Virus record (IMG/VR): IMGVR_UViG_3300005337_000001
Location: 131,581 to 195,580 of that record
Strand: one strand, 5' to 3'
Length of the DNA: 64,000 nucleotides
Source of the DNA: a virus
The notes beneath the pieces are model-generated. The model was not told the origin of the DNA. It saw nothing but the letters and a program-made list of their open reading frames with translations, and ran no database searches. This document shows, piece by piece, positions 52,475 through 62,558 of the stretch. Within the stretch, counting starts at the first letter, position 1, and each line of letters begins with the position of its first letter. The position numbers and the translations under genes were made by a program.

Positions 52475-54051
52475 GGGCTAACCGTCAAGTCTCCGAGAAG
52501 CCACCAAACGTCTGTGGCCTGCTGCCAGAGCTCGGCTGGGCTTCCCTGCTCACGCAAGGTGAGGGCTAGCGACGTTGCTTTCTTCACGGTCACCGCACCG
52601 CTGAAAGGAACTACCGTGACTTGCGCAAGACCCGCTACATCCGCCAACAGCGGGATACGAATACCGACTGGAAGAGCCACGGTTGCGTTTAGAGGCACCG
52701 TGATGGTGAGCGCCGCCGTGCACCGAATCTTTTTGTACAGGTCGGTAAGCGCGAGGGTGAAGCTGGCGCCCTTCGCTAGGTCAGTCTCCATGAACGGATT
52801 GTGATCAGCCGACGTCTGAGCGTTGTTAGCAGAAGTCTGTGCCGCGGACGCAGCCGAGGCGGCCGCATTGGCTGTGGACTGCGCCGTTGAAGTTGCCGCA
52901 GCAAGAGCGCTAACTGTCGTTCCGCTACTCTTAACGAATCTGCCGGAGGTCTGGTCGTAGACAACGATCTCGTTATCGCCTACGGCGCTACCGGCCCCTA
53001 CTATATCGCCATCGGTGATGACAAACCCGCCAGGAAGGGGCTCCGTGCCCGTACCGTTGGCTAGGAAATCACGCATGTCGCTGGCGCTGATGTAAATCAG
53101 ACACAGCGCTATGCTGAACGTCGCCGCGTAGAAATTGTCCCAATAAAAATCGGCGGCAGCAGTGATGTCAGCGCAGGCGATGTTGTGAAACTCCGTCCAG
53201 AAATTGCCGGACTCGGAGCCGTTATTGACGACGATGTTGTTGAACGTCACCATCGGATCGCCATTGTTATGCGGACGAGAGCCACCCAGCCCGATGATCA
53301 CGCAGCTGTTAGGACCGCCTAGCTCTGGCGCCGTGATGGTAAGGTTCTGCGCGGTGTAATCACCGTACGCGCAAATGACAGTGAACTTCCGAATCGGCAG
53401 CGTGATGCCGAAGTCCACGGCAGCTTGAGCTGTCTTGAATGGCTGCGAAGAGCTGCCGTCCTCCGTCGATGTAGTTCTGCCTGGGTCTACATAAAACACA
53501 GCGGTGAGTGGAACGCTGCTACCTCCCGACGGCGTGAAGTGACGCAAGAAGTCGTTCAGCAGACCGTCTGAATCGTTGCCCGACCAACCCAGGTCTTCGC
53601 GCCCTCCGAGATTGACTTCATTCGGTTTGGCACCAGCAAAACCAGACGAGAGCGACGGGAGAGGTAGCGGGAAGATTTGCGGAGGCGGGATGTGAAAGCC
53701 AGCGGCTGTCTTCGCCAGCACGTTTCTGATGTCGATGTCCGTCGGCGCACCAGTCCTGTTGGCGCCGCTCCACACCTTGAGCATGAACCGCCAAGAACCT
53801 GGAATGTTGATAGGTACCGTGAGATTCAGAGGAGACGAGCCGTCGTCGGCGAAAGCCAACTCGAGCGTCGCCGGCGTCGTCGCACCGGGCGGGGAGTACA
53901 ACAAGTCGAGTTGCCATGAACCGACGCCGGTGTCGTCGGAGTTTTTGACGACTACATCCTTCGGCAAGTCGGAGAAGACGAGCTCGGCAGCCTGACCATC
54001 CGGTCCGTCTACGGAGTCAATCGCAAACTTCAAGAGCGCAGTTGCAGGCAT
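52471..54051 (-). CDS. tail fibre / adhesin-like protein
   Basis: GAGGAG RBS before MPATALL; beta-helix-like middle, Ala-rich coil, C-terminal beta domain. Confidence 0.6.
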   Translation of the reverse strand: MPATALLKFAIDSVDGPDGQAAELVFSDLPKDVVVKNSDDTGVGSWQLDLLYSPPGATTPATLELAFADDGSSPLNLTVPINIPGSWRFMLKVWSGANRTGAPTDIDIRNVLAKTAAGFHIPPPQIFPLPLPSLSSGFAGAKPNEVNLGGREDLGWSGNDSDGLLNDFLRHFTPSGGSSVPLTAVFYVDPGRTTSTEDGSSSQPFKTAQAAVDFGITLPIRKFTVICAYGDYTAQNLTITAPELGGPNSCVIIGLGGSRPHNNGDPMVTFNNIVVNNGSESGNFWTEFHNIACADITAAADFYWDNFYAATFSIALCLIYISASDMRDFLANGTGTEPLPGGFVITDGDIVGAGSAVGDNEIVVYDQTSGRFVKSSGTTVSALAAATSTAQSTANAAASAASAAQTSANNAQTSADHNPFMETDLAKGASFTLALTDLYKKIRCTAALTITVPLNATVALPVGIRIPLLADVAGLAQVTVVPFSGAVTVKKATSLALTLREQGSPAELWQQATDVWWLLGDLTVSP

Positions 54052-54142
54052 ATTTCTCCTCTCCGAAGTATACCAACCTGTCGCGAGCACCCCCAAGCTG
54101 CCGTCATTGCACCGCGGGCGGGCCGCGCGTACGCTCGAGCGC

Positions 54143-54493
54143 GTGAGCGACGGCATCCCTCTCCACTTCCAACTGCTCGACCCGGAAGTTGCGCGTAAGG
54201 CCGTGGAAGGCGTGCCCGACGTGCTCAGCGGACAGTCCAAGATGGCGGAGGCCATCTACCGCCAGCACTTGGTCTGCCCAAACGGCTGCGGTCAGACCAT
54301 GGAGAAGAGCTTCGGGGGCACGGCCTTCGCCTTCGCCGACAGCGAGTGGCTCATCCCACGCTGCCTCATGAAGTGCCACGCTTGCGGCTGCTGCATCAAC
54401 CCGTTCGACGGGATGCTGGTGGAGCCAGGAAACAAAGACGTGGCCAAGATTGGCCACATCCCGATCATCAACCCGAACGACGATTCACGTTGA
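54143..54493 (+). CDS. Zn-finger protein on the opposite strand within the tail block
   Basis: CPNGC..CHACGCC; GTG start (ORF open from 54107). Confidence 0.6.
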   Translation: MSDGIPLHFQLLDPEVARKAVEGVPDVLSGQSKMAEAIYRQHLVCPNGCGQTMEKSFGGTAFAFADSEWLIPRCLMKCHACGCCINPFDGMLVEPGNKDVAKIGHIPIINPNDDSR

Positions 54494-57400
54494 TCCTGTC
54501 GGCCACGAAAGCGGCGAGCCGCCCCGTGTTGAGCGCGTTCTGCGAGCGCTGCGCCTGTACCGTGCGATCGTAGTTGTGCACGAGAGCGATGAGGTCGACA
54601 GGGTTCTGCACACTCGTCGCACCACGCTGGTACGCGATGTCGTTCAAGTCACTCACTTCCAAGAAGTCCGACGGGAAGAGGCTGCGGACGTAGGTCTCCA
54701 TGTCCGTGGTCACCAACTGCACAGCGGAGCCTCCCACGTACTCGAAGTCGAAGCGTACGAAGTGGGGGATGAGATGCCTCGACAGCGGATTGGCACAAAC
54801 CACGCGCTCAGTCTCGCTGAGCGCGAAGTTCTGCACATCGGCAACCAGCGTGGCGCGCTCGTACGTCACCTCGATGTTCTGGCCAGTGATCTGCGTCGCG
54901 TTGGCAGGACTGTCCGACACACCCACTTCCAAGATGGAGCGCGAGATGTGCAGCGTCGGCTCTTCAGTCATCGAGAACGTAAGGTTCGAATTCTTCGTCG
55001 ACAAGAAATAACCGTCGCTTCGGAAGCCTTCAGCGGTGAGCTGCTGATCGCTGGCGATATTGAAGAGATCGCCAGTACCCTCGCTGACGAGCTCGACGTC
55101 GAAGAAGAAGAGCCCGGCCTCGGCCGTGTTAGCGTTCATCGCAGTGGAACTGATGCGCTGCGTGCCAGGCCGGCGGATCTCGTAGCCCTCACGGGACTCG
55201 AGCACAGCGGCACCGGGGAAGGTGCCCGAGATGAGTAGCGACGTCGGATTGACGAAAAAGATCTGGTAGGTGCCAGCGTGTGCGGCACTGTTCTGCGACG
55301 ACACGAGACTGAAGCCCAGAATACTGTTGGCCGAACCACCACCGCGGATGATGATGGAAACGTCGCCTTCGAACTCGAGCTTGTTGGCACCGTTGATCCT
55401 TGCGACAGTGCGCCCCACAGCACTGTTGATCTGAGCCGCCACACCGGCGCGACTCACATCGTTGGGGAAGCCAGCCACGTCGTTGGACAGAATGACGGTC
55501 TGGTCCGCGCCACCGGCGAGCGAAATGATGATGGAGGTAAGCGCCACCGACGGCACTGGATCCGCCAGCACGTTGGCGCCGATGATGGGCACGTACTTGA
55601 TTACTAGCTCGTCGCCAGGAACGATACCACTCAGCACGAAGTCTTGCGCACTGGACGTGAAGACATTGCTGCCGCCAGTGCTCTGGCCATCCTTGGGCAG
55701 TGACGTCGAAGGCGCCGCCGGGATGCGCGTCGAATCCAGTGTGGGGTCGGGGAAGTAGCGAATGACCGAGCCGTCGTCGAGCGTCGCCGAGAAGAACGAC
55801 TTGCGGTTCACCTCGAAGCTGGTCGGGTCGATGAAGAAGCAGCGAGCGCTGCCGATGGAGCGCGCGCCGACCTGCAGATGCCGACTAATCTCGGGCGAGA
55901 AGGAAGCCAGCGTATCGACGAACGTCGGGTTGCCAGCAAGCAGCGCATTGTTAGTGGGGTCGGCGAAGACCAGAGCTCCGAAGCGCAGACTGCCGTAGAA
56001 CCCAATCTGATTGCCGTCGAGGACCTGCGAAACGTCCAGATCATCTTGGTTGACGGCAGGAGAAACGCTCTGCCAACCACCCAGACTGTCGATGGTGGCG
56101 CTGCGGATGTCCGAGCTCGTGCGCGCCTGCGCATCCCCGAAGAGTCCAACCATAGCCGTACCCGTCGTGATCCGCGTGTCTGGGTCAAGCGGCACAACAC
56201 CAACCCGGTCTCCAGCCGGGTCCGGCACAACGATGGCCAAGACCGTGTTCGCGCCGATGGCCGAAGCCGCAGCTGCGTTCATCTCATCGACTACTTGCTG
56301 AGCTGTCTTGCTACCAGCAGTGAAGGCGAAGGAGATAGTGGAGTAGCCGGTGACGCCGCTGTTGAACGTGATGTTCAGGTTGAAACCGCCAACGAAGAAG
56401 CCGCCTAGGGGTGTCGGCTGCGAAACGATGCCGAGGATGGCGTCGGTCACATCGACCTTCACGCCACGGCCAGGGTTCTCGAACGCTCGGCTCTGAATGT
56501 CGACAGGGTTCGCGTACGGGATGACCGAGCCGACGGGCTGCCCGGAGGTGTCGAGGAGCTCGACCTTGGTGACGCGCACCAGCGGACGCTGAATACCGCC
56601 GGCGTTGTTGGCTTTGAAAATGGTGTAGTTGAGCGATCCCGACGACGCTGTCATGTCGCGGTCGACCTGCACTGAGTTGAAAGCGGGCAAGGACTTGACC
56701 GTGAAATCACCCTTGTCGAGGCCTTCGAATATACGCAGGGTGTCGCCGACGCTCACACCGAGCGCCATGAAGTCGACGCTGCCCGCCGTAGAAAGTACAT
56801 CGGTGTGCTGGATCGACTGCAGGTCGCTGCCTGAGACGCGTGTGTCCTTGGGCTCGACCAAATCAACCTCGAGCACGTCGACCAGGCGCCAGCGGAAGCT
56901 GCCGACAACCACGGGGATCGCCGTGTCGAGCGTGAGGATGGGCGACGAGCCCGTCACCTGAATGACGTCGAGCACGCGGTAGTTGCCAGCGTTCGGGCCG
57001 TCCTGCACCTGCAGCGTGAACCCGAACTGCTTGGCCTCGCCGAGGGCTACGTACGTGGCGTCGTCGATGGCGTAGGTCGTACCGAGAACCAGGTCGTGCA
57101 GTACCACCTGGCCCGCTCCGCTGTGCTCGAGATTGACCCCGGCAGCAGCCGGCTGCGCGTCGGTGAGGTTTTCGATGACCAAGGACGACTCGTCGAAATC
57201 GGAGCCGCGCACGCTGACGTCGAAGAGCCCACCGACGTGCACCTCATTGTCGGGGATCGTGACCGTCCCCTCGGCCGAATCGGGGAAGAGAATGCCGCCC
57301 GGAATCTCGCTGAGGGTGAGCTCTTCCTTGCGCACTGACCACGGCCGGCCGCTGAAGAAGGGCGCCATGACCTGGTCCTCCACTTCCACGGTGTCCGGCG

Positions 57401-58466
57401 CCAGCACGCGCAGGATGCGCAGGTCGCGGATCAAGGGCGGACCAGCGAAGGCATGGAAAACAGTCAGGATAAAACCGCTGGGGTTGGAAGCGTCGACCAG
57501 CGCGCTGAAATCGACGCCAGCGTCCAGTGACGTGAAGCGGCGGGTCACAGGCCGGCCAGTGCCGTCCACAGGCGTGGTGCCGAGCACGCCACCGGCGATG
57601 ACCGCGCCCAGGCCGCCGCCGCGCAGCACGTCACGCTGCATCTCTGGGTCGCCGAAGCCCACGACAGCCAGACGGGTGACCTCCGGAAACGCCTTGGGGA
57701 TGCGCGCGCCGATGCCCCGCAGCGTCACCATAGAGCGCTCGGTGAGCTCCTGCTCCGTGCGGTCGATGAAGTCGCTGGCCGTCTCCTCGTCCTGCCCCGT
57801 ACGGAAGCGCCGCAGGTTGGCAACCCGAGCTGTGCCCTCCAGATTGGCGATGGTGAGGATCTCGTTCGGGCCGATGTTGTAGGAGACGCCGGGGTTCTCG
57901 GCGATGCAGTTCACGTCGAAGTAGTAGAGGCTGCCGTCTACGTTGAGCAGCATCTCCTCAACGGTGATGTCCTGCTTGCCATCGGGGAAGTAGTGCAAGC
58001 CCGTCTTCGAGGTGAAGAAATTCGCCGGCGTGACGGTCACCGTACGCGGCTGCGCAAAGAAGATGCGGGCTATGCCGCGTGCAAAGTCGCCGCGCTCCCT
58101 GTTGCTGAACAAATTGGCGCCAAGAGCCTCGGCTTCTTCCGTCGTCAGCGTCACCGCGTCTTTGAATGAAAGGCTGCTCTTCACGCGGAAGATTTCACGC
58201 ACCACGGGGTCCCAGAGCAGCGTCGCAGGCTTGATGAGCAGGTCGGTGATGGCGTCGCCTTCATCAGTGGCGAGCTCCGGGAAAGCCTGCTTCACGCGGT
58301 CGTTCAGAAACACGGCCAAGTCGACCGAGAACGGGTCGGTGCCCAGCCTACGCAAAATAGGCTGAATCACCTGCACGTCGGCAGGCGAGCCCGACGAGAT
58401 GTCCATGGACTCGTCGAAGGCGCGAAAACGCTCCTGAATGAAAACCTGAAGGTCACGTACGGCCAT
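54468..58466 (-). CDS. baseplate J-like wedge protein, greatly extended
   Basis: N-terminal DLLIKP..ARGIARIFF..NIGPNEI..GQDEET..GFGDPEMQRD J-like motifs; 1332 aa. Confidence 0.8.
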   Translation of the reverse strand: MAVRDLQVFIQERFRAFDESMDISSGSPADVQVIQPILRRLGTDPFSVDLAVFLNDRVKQAFPELATDEGDAITDLLIKPATLLWDPVVREIFRVKSSLSFKDAVTLTTEEAEALGANLFSNRERGDFARGIARIFFAQPRTVTVTPANFFTSKTGLHYFPDGKQDITVEEMLLNVDGSLYYFDVNCIAENPGVSYNIGPNEILTIANLEGTARVANLRRFRTGQDEETASDFIDRTEQELTERSMVTLRGIGARIPKAFPEVTRLAVVGFGDPEMQRDVLRGGGLGAVIAGGVLGTTPVDGTGRPVTRRFTSLDAGVDFSALVDASNPSGFILTVFHAFAGPPLIRDLRILRVLAPDTVEVEDQVMAPFFSGRPWSVRKEELTLSEIPGGILFPDSAEGTVTIPDNEVHVGGLFDVSVRGSDFDESSLVIENLTDAQPAAAGVNLEHSGAGQVVLHDLVLGTTYAIDDATYVALGEAKQFGFTLQVQDGPNAGNYRVLDVIQVTGSSPILTLDTAIPVVVGSFRWRLVDVLEVDLVEPKDTRVSGSDLQSIQHTDVLSTAGSVDFMALGVSVGDTLRIFEGLDKGDFTVKSLPAFNSVQVDRDMTASSGSLNYTIFKANNAGGIQRPLVRVTKVELLDTSGQPVGSVIPYANPVDIQSRAFENPGRGVKVDVTDAILGIVSQPTPLGGFFVGGFNLNITFNSGVTGYSTISFAFTAGSKTAQQVVDEMNAAAASAIGANTVLAIVVPDPAGDRVGVVPLDPDTRITTGTAMVGLFGDAQARTSSDIRSATIDSLGGWQSVSPAVNQDDLDVSQVLDGNQIGFYGSLRFGALVFADPTNNALLAGNPTFVDTLASFSPEISRHLQVGARSIGSARCFFIDPTSFEVNRKSFFSATLDDGSVIRYFPDPTLDSTRIPAAPSTSLPKDGQSTGGSNVFTSSAQDFVLSGIVPGDELVIKYVPIIGANVLADPVPSVALTSIIISLAGGADQTVILSNDVAGFPNDVSRAGVAAQINSAVGRTVARINGANKLEFEGDVSIIIRGGGSANSILGFSLVSSQNSAAHAGTYQIFFVNPTSLLISGTFPGAAVLESREGYEIRRPGTQRISSTAMNANTAEAGLFFFDVELVSEGTGDLFNIASDQQLTAEGFRSDGYFLSTKNSNLTFSMTEEPTLHISRSILEVGVSDSPANATQITGQNIEVTYERATLVADVQNFALSETERVVCANPLSRHLIPHFVRFDFEYVGGSAVQLVTTDMETYVRSLFPSDFLEVSDLNDIAYQRGATSVQNPVDLIALVHNYDRTVQAQRSQNALNTGRLAAFVADRINVNRRSG

Positions 58467-58470
58467 TTGC

Positions 58471-59127
58471 CTAAACCTCGAGCCTTGCTACTGCGGCACG
58501 CCCCGCCTGTGAAAGCACTTCAACAGACGCGATGATCGCGGTCTCGTTCTTGTTGAAACCAGCTGAGAGGACCTTTGCGGTCAGCAGCCTCTCGTCAGGT
58601 GGGATGGCCTGATTGCGGCTCTGAATCTGGATGACCTGTCGCGTGGTGTTGTCCACGCTCACGATGAAGTCGCCCACCAGATCGGTGCCATTCTCCACGC
58701 TCACGCTCTGACCGATATGTACCAGAGCTCCGCCGCCAAGCTTGGGGCTGAAGATGTCGGTGCCCGGCGTCTGAAAGAGCAAGCGCAGGTAGACCTGCAT
58801 GAGACGGAGAATTCCACGTGTCTTGCTTGGCACCCGACCGATGCGAAAGCGGATGAAGCTGCGCGGCGTGATGGTGAGCCTCTTGCTCAAAACCGAGATT
58901 GACGAGATCGTCGAGCTCTTGAGCGCGTCCGGCACCTCCGCCAAGAGGCGGTTCTTGGTCAGCACAACGAACGAAGGCGAGGGGACTTCATTCATCAGCA
59001 CTTCATCGGCCGACCGGAAATCATCCCCCAGAATTTCCAGCGTGCGTATCGGCAGGCCAGGCACAGTGCGCACCAGGCTGACCTTCACGGTCTCCTGCGG
59101 GAACGCGATCTGGAAGTCGACTGCCAC
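58471..59127 (-). CDS. baseplate wedge protein (Ig-like + gp25/W-like)
   Basis: LLFQTPGTDIFSPKLGGG..ERLL; immediately upstream of the J-like gene; GTG start (ORF open from 59142). Confidence 0.65.
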   Translation of the reverse strand: MAVDFQIAFPQETVKVSLVRTVPGLPIRTLEILGDDFRSADEVLMNEVPSPSFVVLTKNRLLAEVPDALKSSTISSISVLSKRLTITPRSFIRFRIGRVPSKTRGILRLMQVYLRLLFQTPGTDIFSPKLGGGALVHIGQSVSVENGTDLVGDFIVSVDNTTRQVIQIQSRNQAIPPDERLLTAKVLSAGFNKNETAIIASVEVLSQAGRAAVARLEV

Positions 59128-59152
59128 AGCCCATCGTACCATCGATAGGGCT

Positions 59153-59193
59153 AAAAAAGATGAGGGGCCCCTGGTGTGTGAAGAGGCCCCTCA
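59153..59193 (-). terminator. intrinsic terminator after the endolysin gene
   Basis: TGAGGGGCC/GGCCCCTCA stem followed by TCTTTTTT on the minus strand. Confidence 0.75.
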
Positions 59194-59264
59194 AACGGAG
59201 TCGCGTGGCTTTTAGGGGAACGTGTCGGTGCGCGAGCTTATACTTGCGCACGACACGTCCTACG

Positions 59265-60380
59265 TCAAGCCGGCAGCGAAAGCCCCTTTGCCTGCAGCGC
59301 AGCGATGAGGGCCGGATAGGTCCACACGTCGACGACACCATCCTGATTGGCCAGCGGCACGAGCCCGCCCGACTGCTGCTCCAGGGTCAGCACAGCCTCG
59401 GTGGTCTTCTTGCCGTACTTGCCGTCGTCCTTGTAGGGGCCAAGGTCGAAGCCCAGCGCCAGCAGTCCGCGCTGCAGCCGCGCCGTCGTGAGGTCCGCGG
59501 GAATTCCCGTGCTGGCCGACCAGGCCTGGAGTTCACTTGAGAAGTCCGGCAGCTGCATGTTGTACAACCGCTCGAGCACCGGGCGAATGGCTTCGTAGCG
59601 CCGCGGGTAGATGGCGACCTTCGGTCCGAACGTCATCTCCTTGAGAATGGCGATGACCCAATCCAAGCTCCATGCCTGCAGCTGTGGGTTGGCCTTGATG
59701 GCATTCGTGAGCGACGTGTTCGCCCACGTCGGATTGTTTGCAGCGAACGACAGGTAGGCCGCATACAAGCCGCTCGCAACGTTGGTACTAGGCATCGCAG
59801 AGAACACGCTCTTCGCGTACGACAACAAGAAGCCGGCGAGGCGCTTGGACGTGTACGTCACCTGCACGACGCGCGCCTCCGGGTTCTCCCAGACGCTCGA
59901 GATCGTCGCCGCCCAGCGCTTGGCGTACAACGTGTTCTCCGTGTTCCAGGAGCCCTGCGTGCCGTCGCCGTCGATGTAGAAGAGCTGCTGCTGTTCTTGC
60001 TGTGAGTCAACCTCACCGCGCGCGTCGAGGAACGAGAAGCGGTAGCGCTGCTTTTCGTTCTTCTCGAACTTCAGACCATTGTCCTTGGCCAGCTGGTCAA
60101 CGCCATAGATCAGGTCTTCGTCCTTCTCGCACACGGCACCGAGCATGTCGCTCACGGAGTACTGGTTGCGCTCGCACCACTGTATGAGGCCACTCGTCCA
60201 CCCGCACACGTCGTAGCCGTTCCAGGCGTCGAAGTGCCCGCCTTCCGTGGCGGTGATGACAGCCATCTGCATGTCCTCGGGACTAGGGTTCGCCGGCAGC
60301 GTGTAGCCGAACTTGCCCTTGTAGAACGGTCCTTCGTACTGACGGTATTTTCCCCATCCGATTTCGTTGACGGCTACCAT
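59265..60380 (-). CDS. endolysin: lysozyme-like domain + PG-binding domain
   Basis: ATEGGHFDAWNGYD..GLIQW; C-terminal LQRGLLALGFDLG..DGKYGKKTTEAV. Confidence 0.8.
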   Translation of the reverse strand: MVAVNEIGWGKYRQYEGPFYKGKFGYTLPANPSPEDMQMAVITATEGGHFDAWNGYDVCGWTSGLIQWCERNQYSVSDMLGAVCEKDEDLIYGVDQLAKDNGLKFEKNEKQRYRFSFLDARGEVDSQQEQQQLFYIDGDGTQGSWNTENTLYAKRWAATISSVWENPEARVVQVTYTSKRLAGFLLSYAKSVFSAMPSTNVASGLYAAYLSFAANNPTWANTSLTNAIKANPQLQAWSLDWVIAILKEMTFGPKVAIYPRRYEAIRPVLERLYNMQLPDFSSELQAWSASTGIPADLTTARLQRGLLALGFDLGPYKDDGKYGKKTTEAVLTLEQQSGGLVPLANQDGVVDVWTYPALIAALQAKGLSLPA

Positions 60381-60814
60381 TTGCGATTCTCCATTTTGTG
60401 CTCGAAGTTGTCGACCGTGTTCTTGAAGTAGTTCTGCCCATTGGGCTTTGGCTCTTCACTGTACTGAGGATCTTCGTGCCAATCACGTAGCAACGAAAGC
60501 GCCTCCGCCTTGGAGAGCAGGCACCAAAAAAGATCTTCCTTGTCGTCGTTGAACCGCCGAGGCTCAACAAACGAACCAACCCGACATGGCGTCCAATCCA
60601 CACCAGGGTGTAGTTCCAATATTGTTGGGCCCAGCAGCGTGATGTTATTTGGATCGCTGACAGCTACAAACTTCAACAACTTGAGAAGTAGCATGTGCCC
60701 CATCCCCGTCACCAGGAAATGGAGCTTGAAGCCTTCGTTCAAATTAGCCCGCAGAAGGTACCCTCGCAGCGGTTGCGGTTTTGCTGCGTTCTGCAGCCGG
60801 TCGGTCTTTGTCAT
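60374..60814 (-). CDS. hypothetical protein
   Basis: 146-aa ORF in a visibly more AT-rich patch. Confidence 0.5.
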   Translation of the reverse strand: MTKTDRLQNAAKPQPLRGYLLRANLNEGFKLHFLVTGMGHMLLLKLLKFVAVSDPNNITLLGPTILELHPGVDWTPCRVGSFVEPRRFNDDKEDLFWCLLSKAEALSLLRDWHEDPQYSEEPKPNGQNYFKNTVDNFEHKMENRKW

Positions 60815-61532
60815 ACGTGCACCTGAAGTTCTGTGGAAGCGCGTAGCTGCTGTTCTTGAGCCCAGCGACCATCCTGGTCACAAGGTCGCAGCGTTCCTTC
60901 GCTTCATAGTCGATGTAGTACTTGTCGGTCTTGTAGTGAAACGGGCAGCGCCCGTAGCGGTAGGCCGTGAACCAGACGCCGGCGGGCGCCGGGCCGTCTT
61001 TGCCTTGGCACTCTTGCTTCCAATGCGCGAGCACGCCGTACGAGAGCTTGATGTTCGTCGCGGGGTCGCGTAGCTGCTCCTCGGTGAGCTTGTCGATCTT
61101 GCGACCTTCCGGCGACCGCCACGACCGCTCAGGGAACAGCGCTTGAATCTCCGGCCAGGGCGGCAGGTGCATCGTGTTGCCGCGGTTCAATTGCTGAGGG
61201 CCCACGGCGTTGCAGCGCATCTTCAGCACCGGCACGTAGCCAGAGGGCCAGAGCCCTGCGGGTACGTTAGCCAAGCGGTGTGTGGTTCGACAGTCGCCGT
61301 CCACCGGCGGCAGGCGGAACCTGGACTCACGGTACGTGATGGAAGCTAGCAGCAGTACATCGGTCTGCTGGTCGAAGAGACGGCCGTCGGAGATCCGTTC
61401 CTCCATGGCGAGCGTCGTCGCGATGTCCTGGTTGAACTTCTGCTTCAGCTCCTCGTTCCGCTGCACGTTCGGTGCCTCTCGCAAAATGAATCCCAAGATA
61501 GTGACGGTAAGTACTTCCAAAAAAGTCATCAT
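60744..61532 (-). CDS. lytic transglycosylase (SLT-like)
   Basis: ITYRESRF..AVGPQQL..LRDPATNIKLS; ATGA-coupled start. Confidence 0.65.
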   Translation of the reverse strand: MMTFLEVLTVTILGFILREAPNVQRNEELKQKFNQDIATTLAMEERISDGRLFDQQTDVLLLASITYRESRFRLPPVDGDCRTTHRLANVPAGLWPSGYVPVLKMRCNAVGPQQLNRGNTMHLPPWPEIQALFPERSWRSPEGRKIDKLTEEQLRDPATNIKLSYGVLAHWKQECQGKDGPAPAGVWFTAYRYGRCPFHYKTDKYYIDYEAKERCDLVTRMVAGLKNSSYALPQNFRCTYDKDRPAAERSKTATAARVPSAG

Positions 61533-62197
61533 TCCTCCATGTCCTTGCAGCAGCGAAACCCAGTCTCGTAGTAGTGCCAATCGGGGACGTGCTTCGTGAT
61601 CACGTACGAGCACGACGAGCGGCTGTCCGCCCAGTAGCCTCCAACCAAGCACCAACCTTCCACGCCGGCGTCGCAGCGAACCCACTCCTCGGCGTTGCCG
61701 ACCATGTCGTAAGCGCCGGCAGCACTCACGCACTCAGGGAAAGAGCCAGAGGGCTCGCTTTGATCCAGGCGTGCAAGCTCCTTCGTGTTGCGGATCTCGA
61801 CCTTGCGTTGGTCTACGTAGCGCCATTGCTTGTCGGTGTTGCACTTGCCAGCCTGCGGCTTCTTTCCGCCGTAGGGCAGGTTTGAACCTTCAGACCCGCG
61901 GCAAGCCGACATCCACTCGCGCCTCGTACAGGTGCGCTTGCCCTGTACCGCACAGAGAGTCCAGGCGTCGTAGACAGGTCCGTTCTCTTCCACGAGAGCA
62001 TCCATAGCCACACGAGGCCGCGTGCCCGCCTGGTTGGGGTACTCGTACTTGTCGATGCACACGCCAACTCGAGCAACGACCATGTCGTCGGGGCACGCAG
62101 CATTCGGCGATGTGACTGGAGCCGCAGCGGTCGTCAGACCAGCGCAAATCAGTAACAATACTTTTCGCAAAACTCCTCCACGGAAGGGGAGGTTCAT
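61529..62197 (-). CDS. secreted FGE/SUMF1 (C-type lectin fold) domain protein
   Basis: Signal-like leader; CPDDMV, CIDKYEYPN, GKRTCT..EW..AC, YDMVGNAEEWV, GFRCC. Confidence 0.88.
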   Translation of the reverse strand: MNLPFRGGVLRKVLLLICAGLTTAAAPVTSPNAACPDDMVVARVGVCIDKYEYPNQAGTRPRVAMDALVEENGPVYDAWTLCAVQGKRTCTRREWMSACRGSEGSNLPYGGKKPQAGKCNTDKQWRYVDQRKVEIRNTKELARLDQSEPSGSFPECVSAAGAYDMVGNAEEWVRCDAGVEGWCLVGGYWADSRSSCSYVITKHVPDWHYYETGFRCCKDMEE

Positions 62198-62207
62198 CCC
62201 GACGGCG

Positions 62208-62558
62208 TTACTGCTGTGCCGTAGGAGAACTTCCGTTGTACGAGCGCTCGAGCTCGCTCGTACGCTCTTCGACGTCGGTGTATCCCTCGTCGAGCTTGTC
62301 GATCTTGTCCCCCAAATCACGCTGCGTTTGGTCTAACGCCTTCTGCAACTTGGCGAAGCCATCGTTGATGTTTTGCTGCAACGTCGAGAGACGCTCCGAC
62401 AAGTCGAACTGACGATTCGAGATATGCGCGAGGATGCGCACCTTCGGGTCTTCGTGATTTGCAAGCTGCTGCGCAAGACTCTTGTGCGCCCTGTCGAGGT
62501 CGCTTTCCGCTGGAGTAGGCGGTGGCGGGGTCAGCGTTGCAGCTTCACGGTCGACCAT
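62208..62558 (-). CDS. coiled-coil protein
   Basis: Heptad-rich; CATACT 6 nt upstream of the ATG. Confidence 0.6.
   Translation of the reverse strand: MVDREAATLTPPPPTPAESDLDRAHKSLAQQLANHEDPKVRILAHISNRQFDLSERLSTLQQNINDGFAKLQKALDQTQRDLGDKIDKLDEGYTDVEERTSELERSYNGSSPTAQQ

Noticed and set aside
60374-60814. Horizontally acquired island suggested by a more AT-rich patch
   Set aside because: Single short ORF, no flanking repeats or mobility genes; composition judged only by eye.
61529-62197. Diversity-generating retroelement target (FGE-type C-lectin fold)
   Set aside because: No reverse transcriptase and no second copy of the C-terminal region seen in the window; cannot be excluded elsewhere in the genome.
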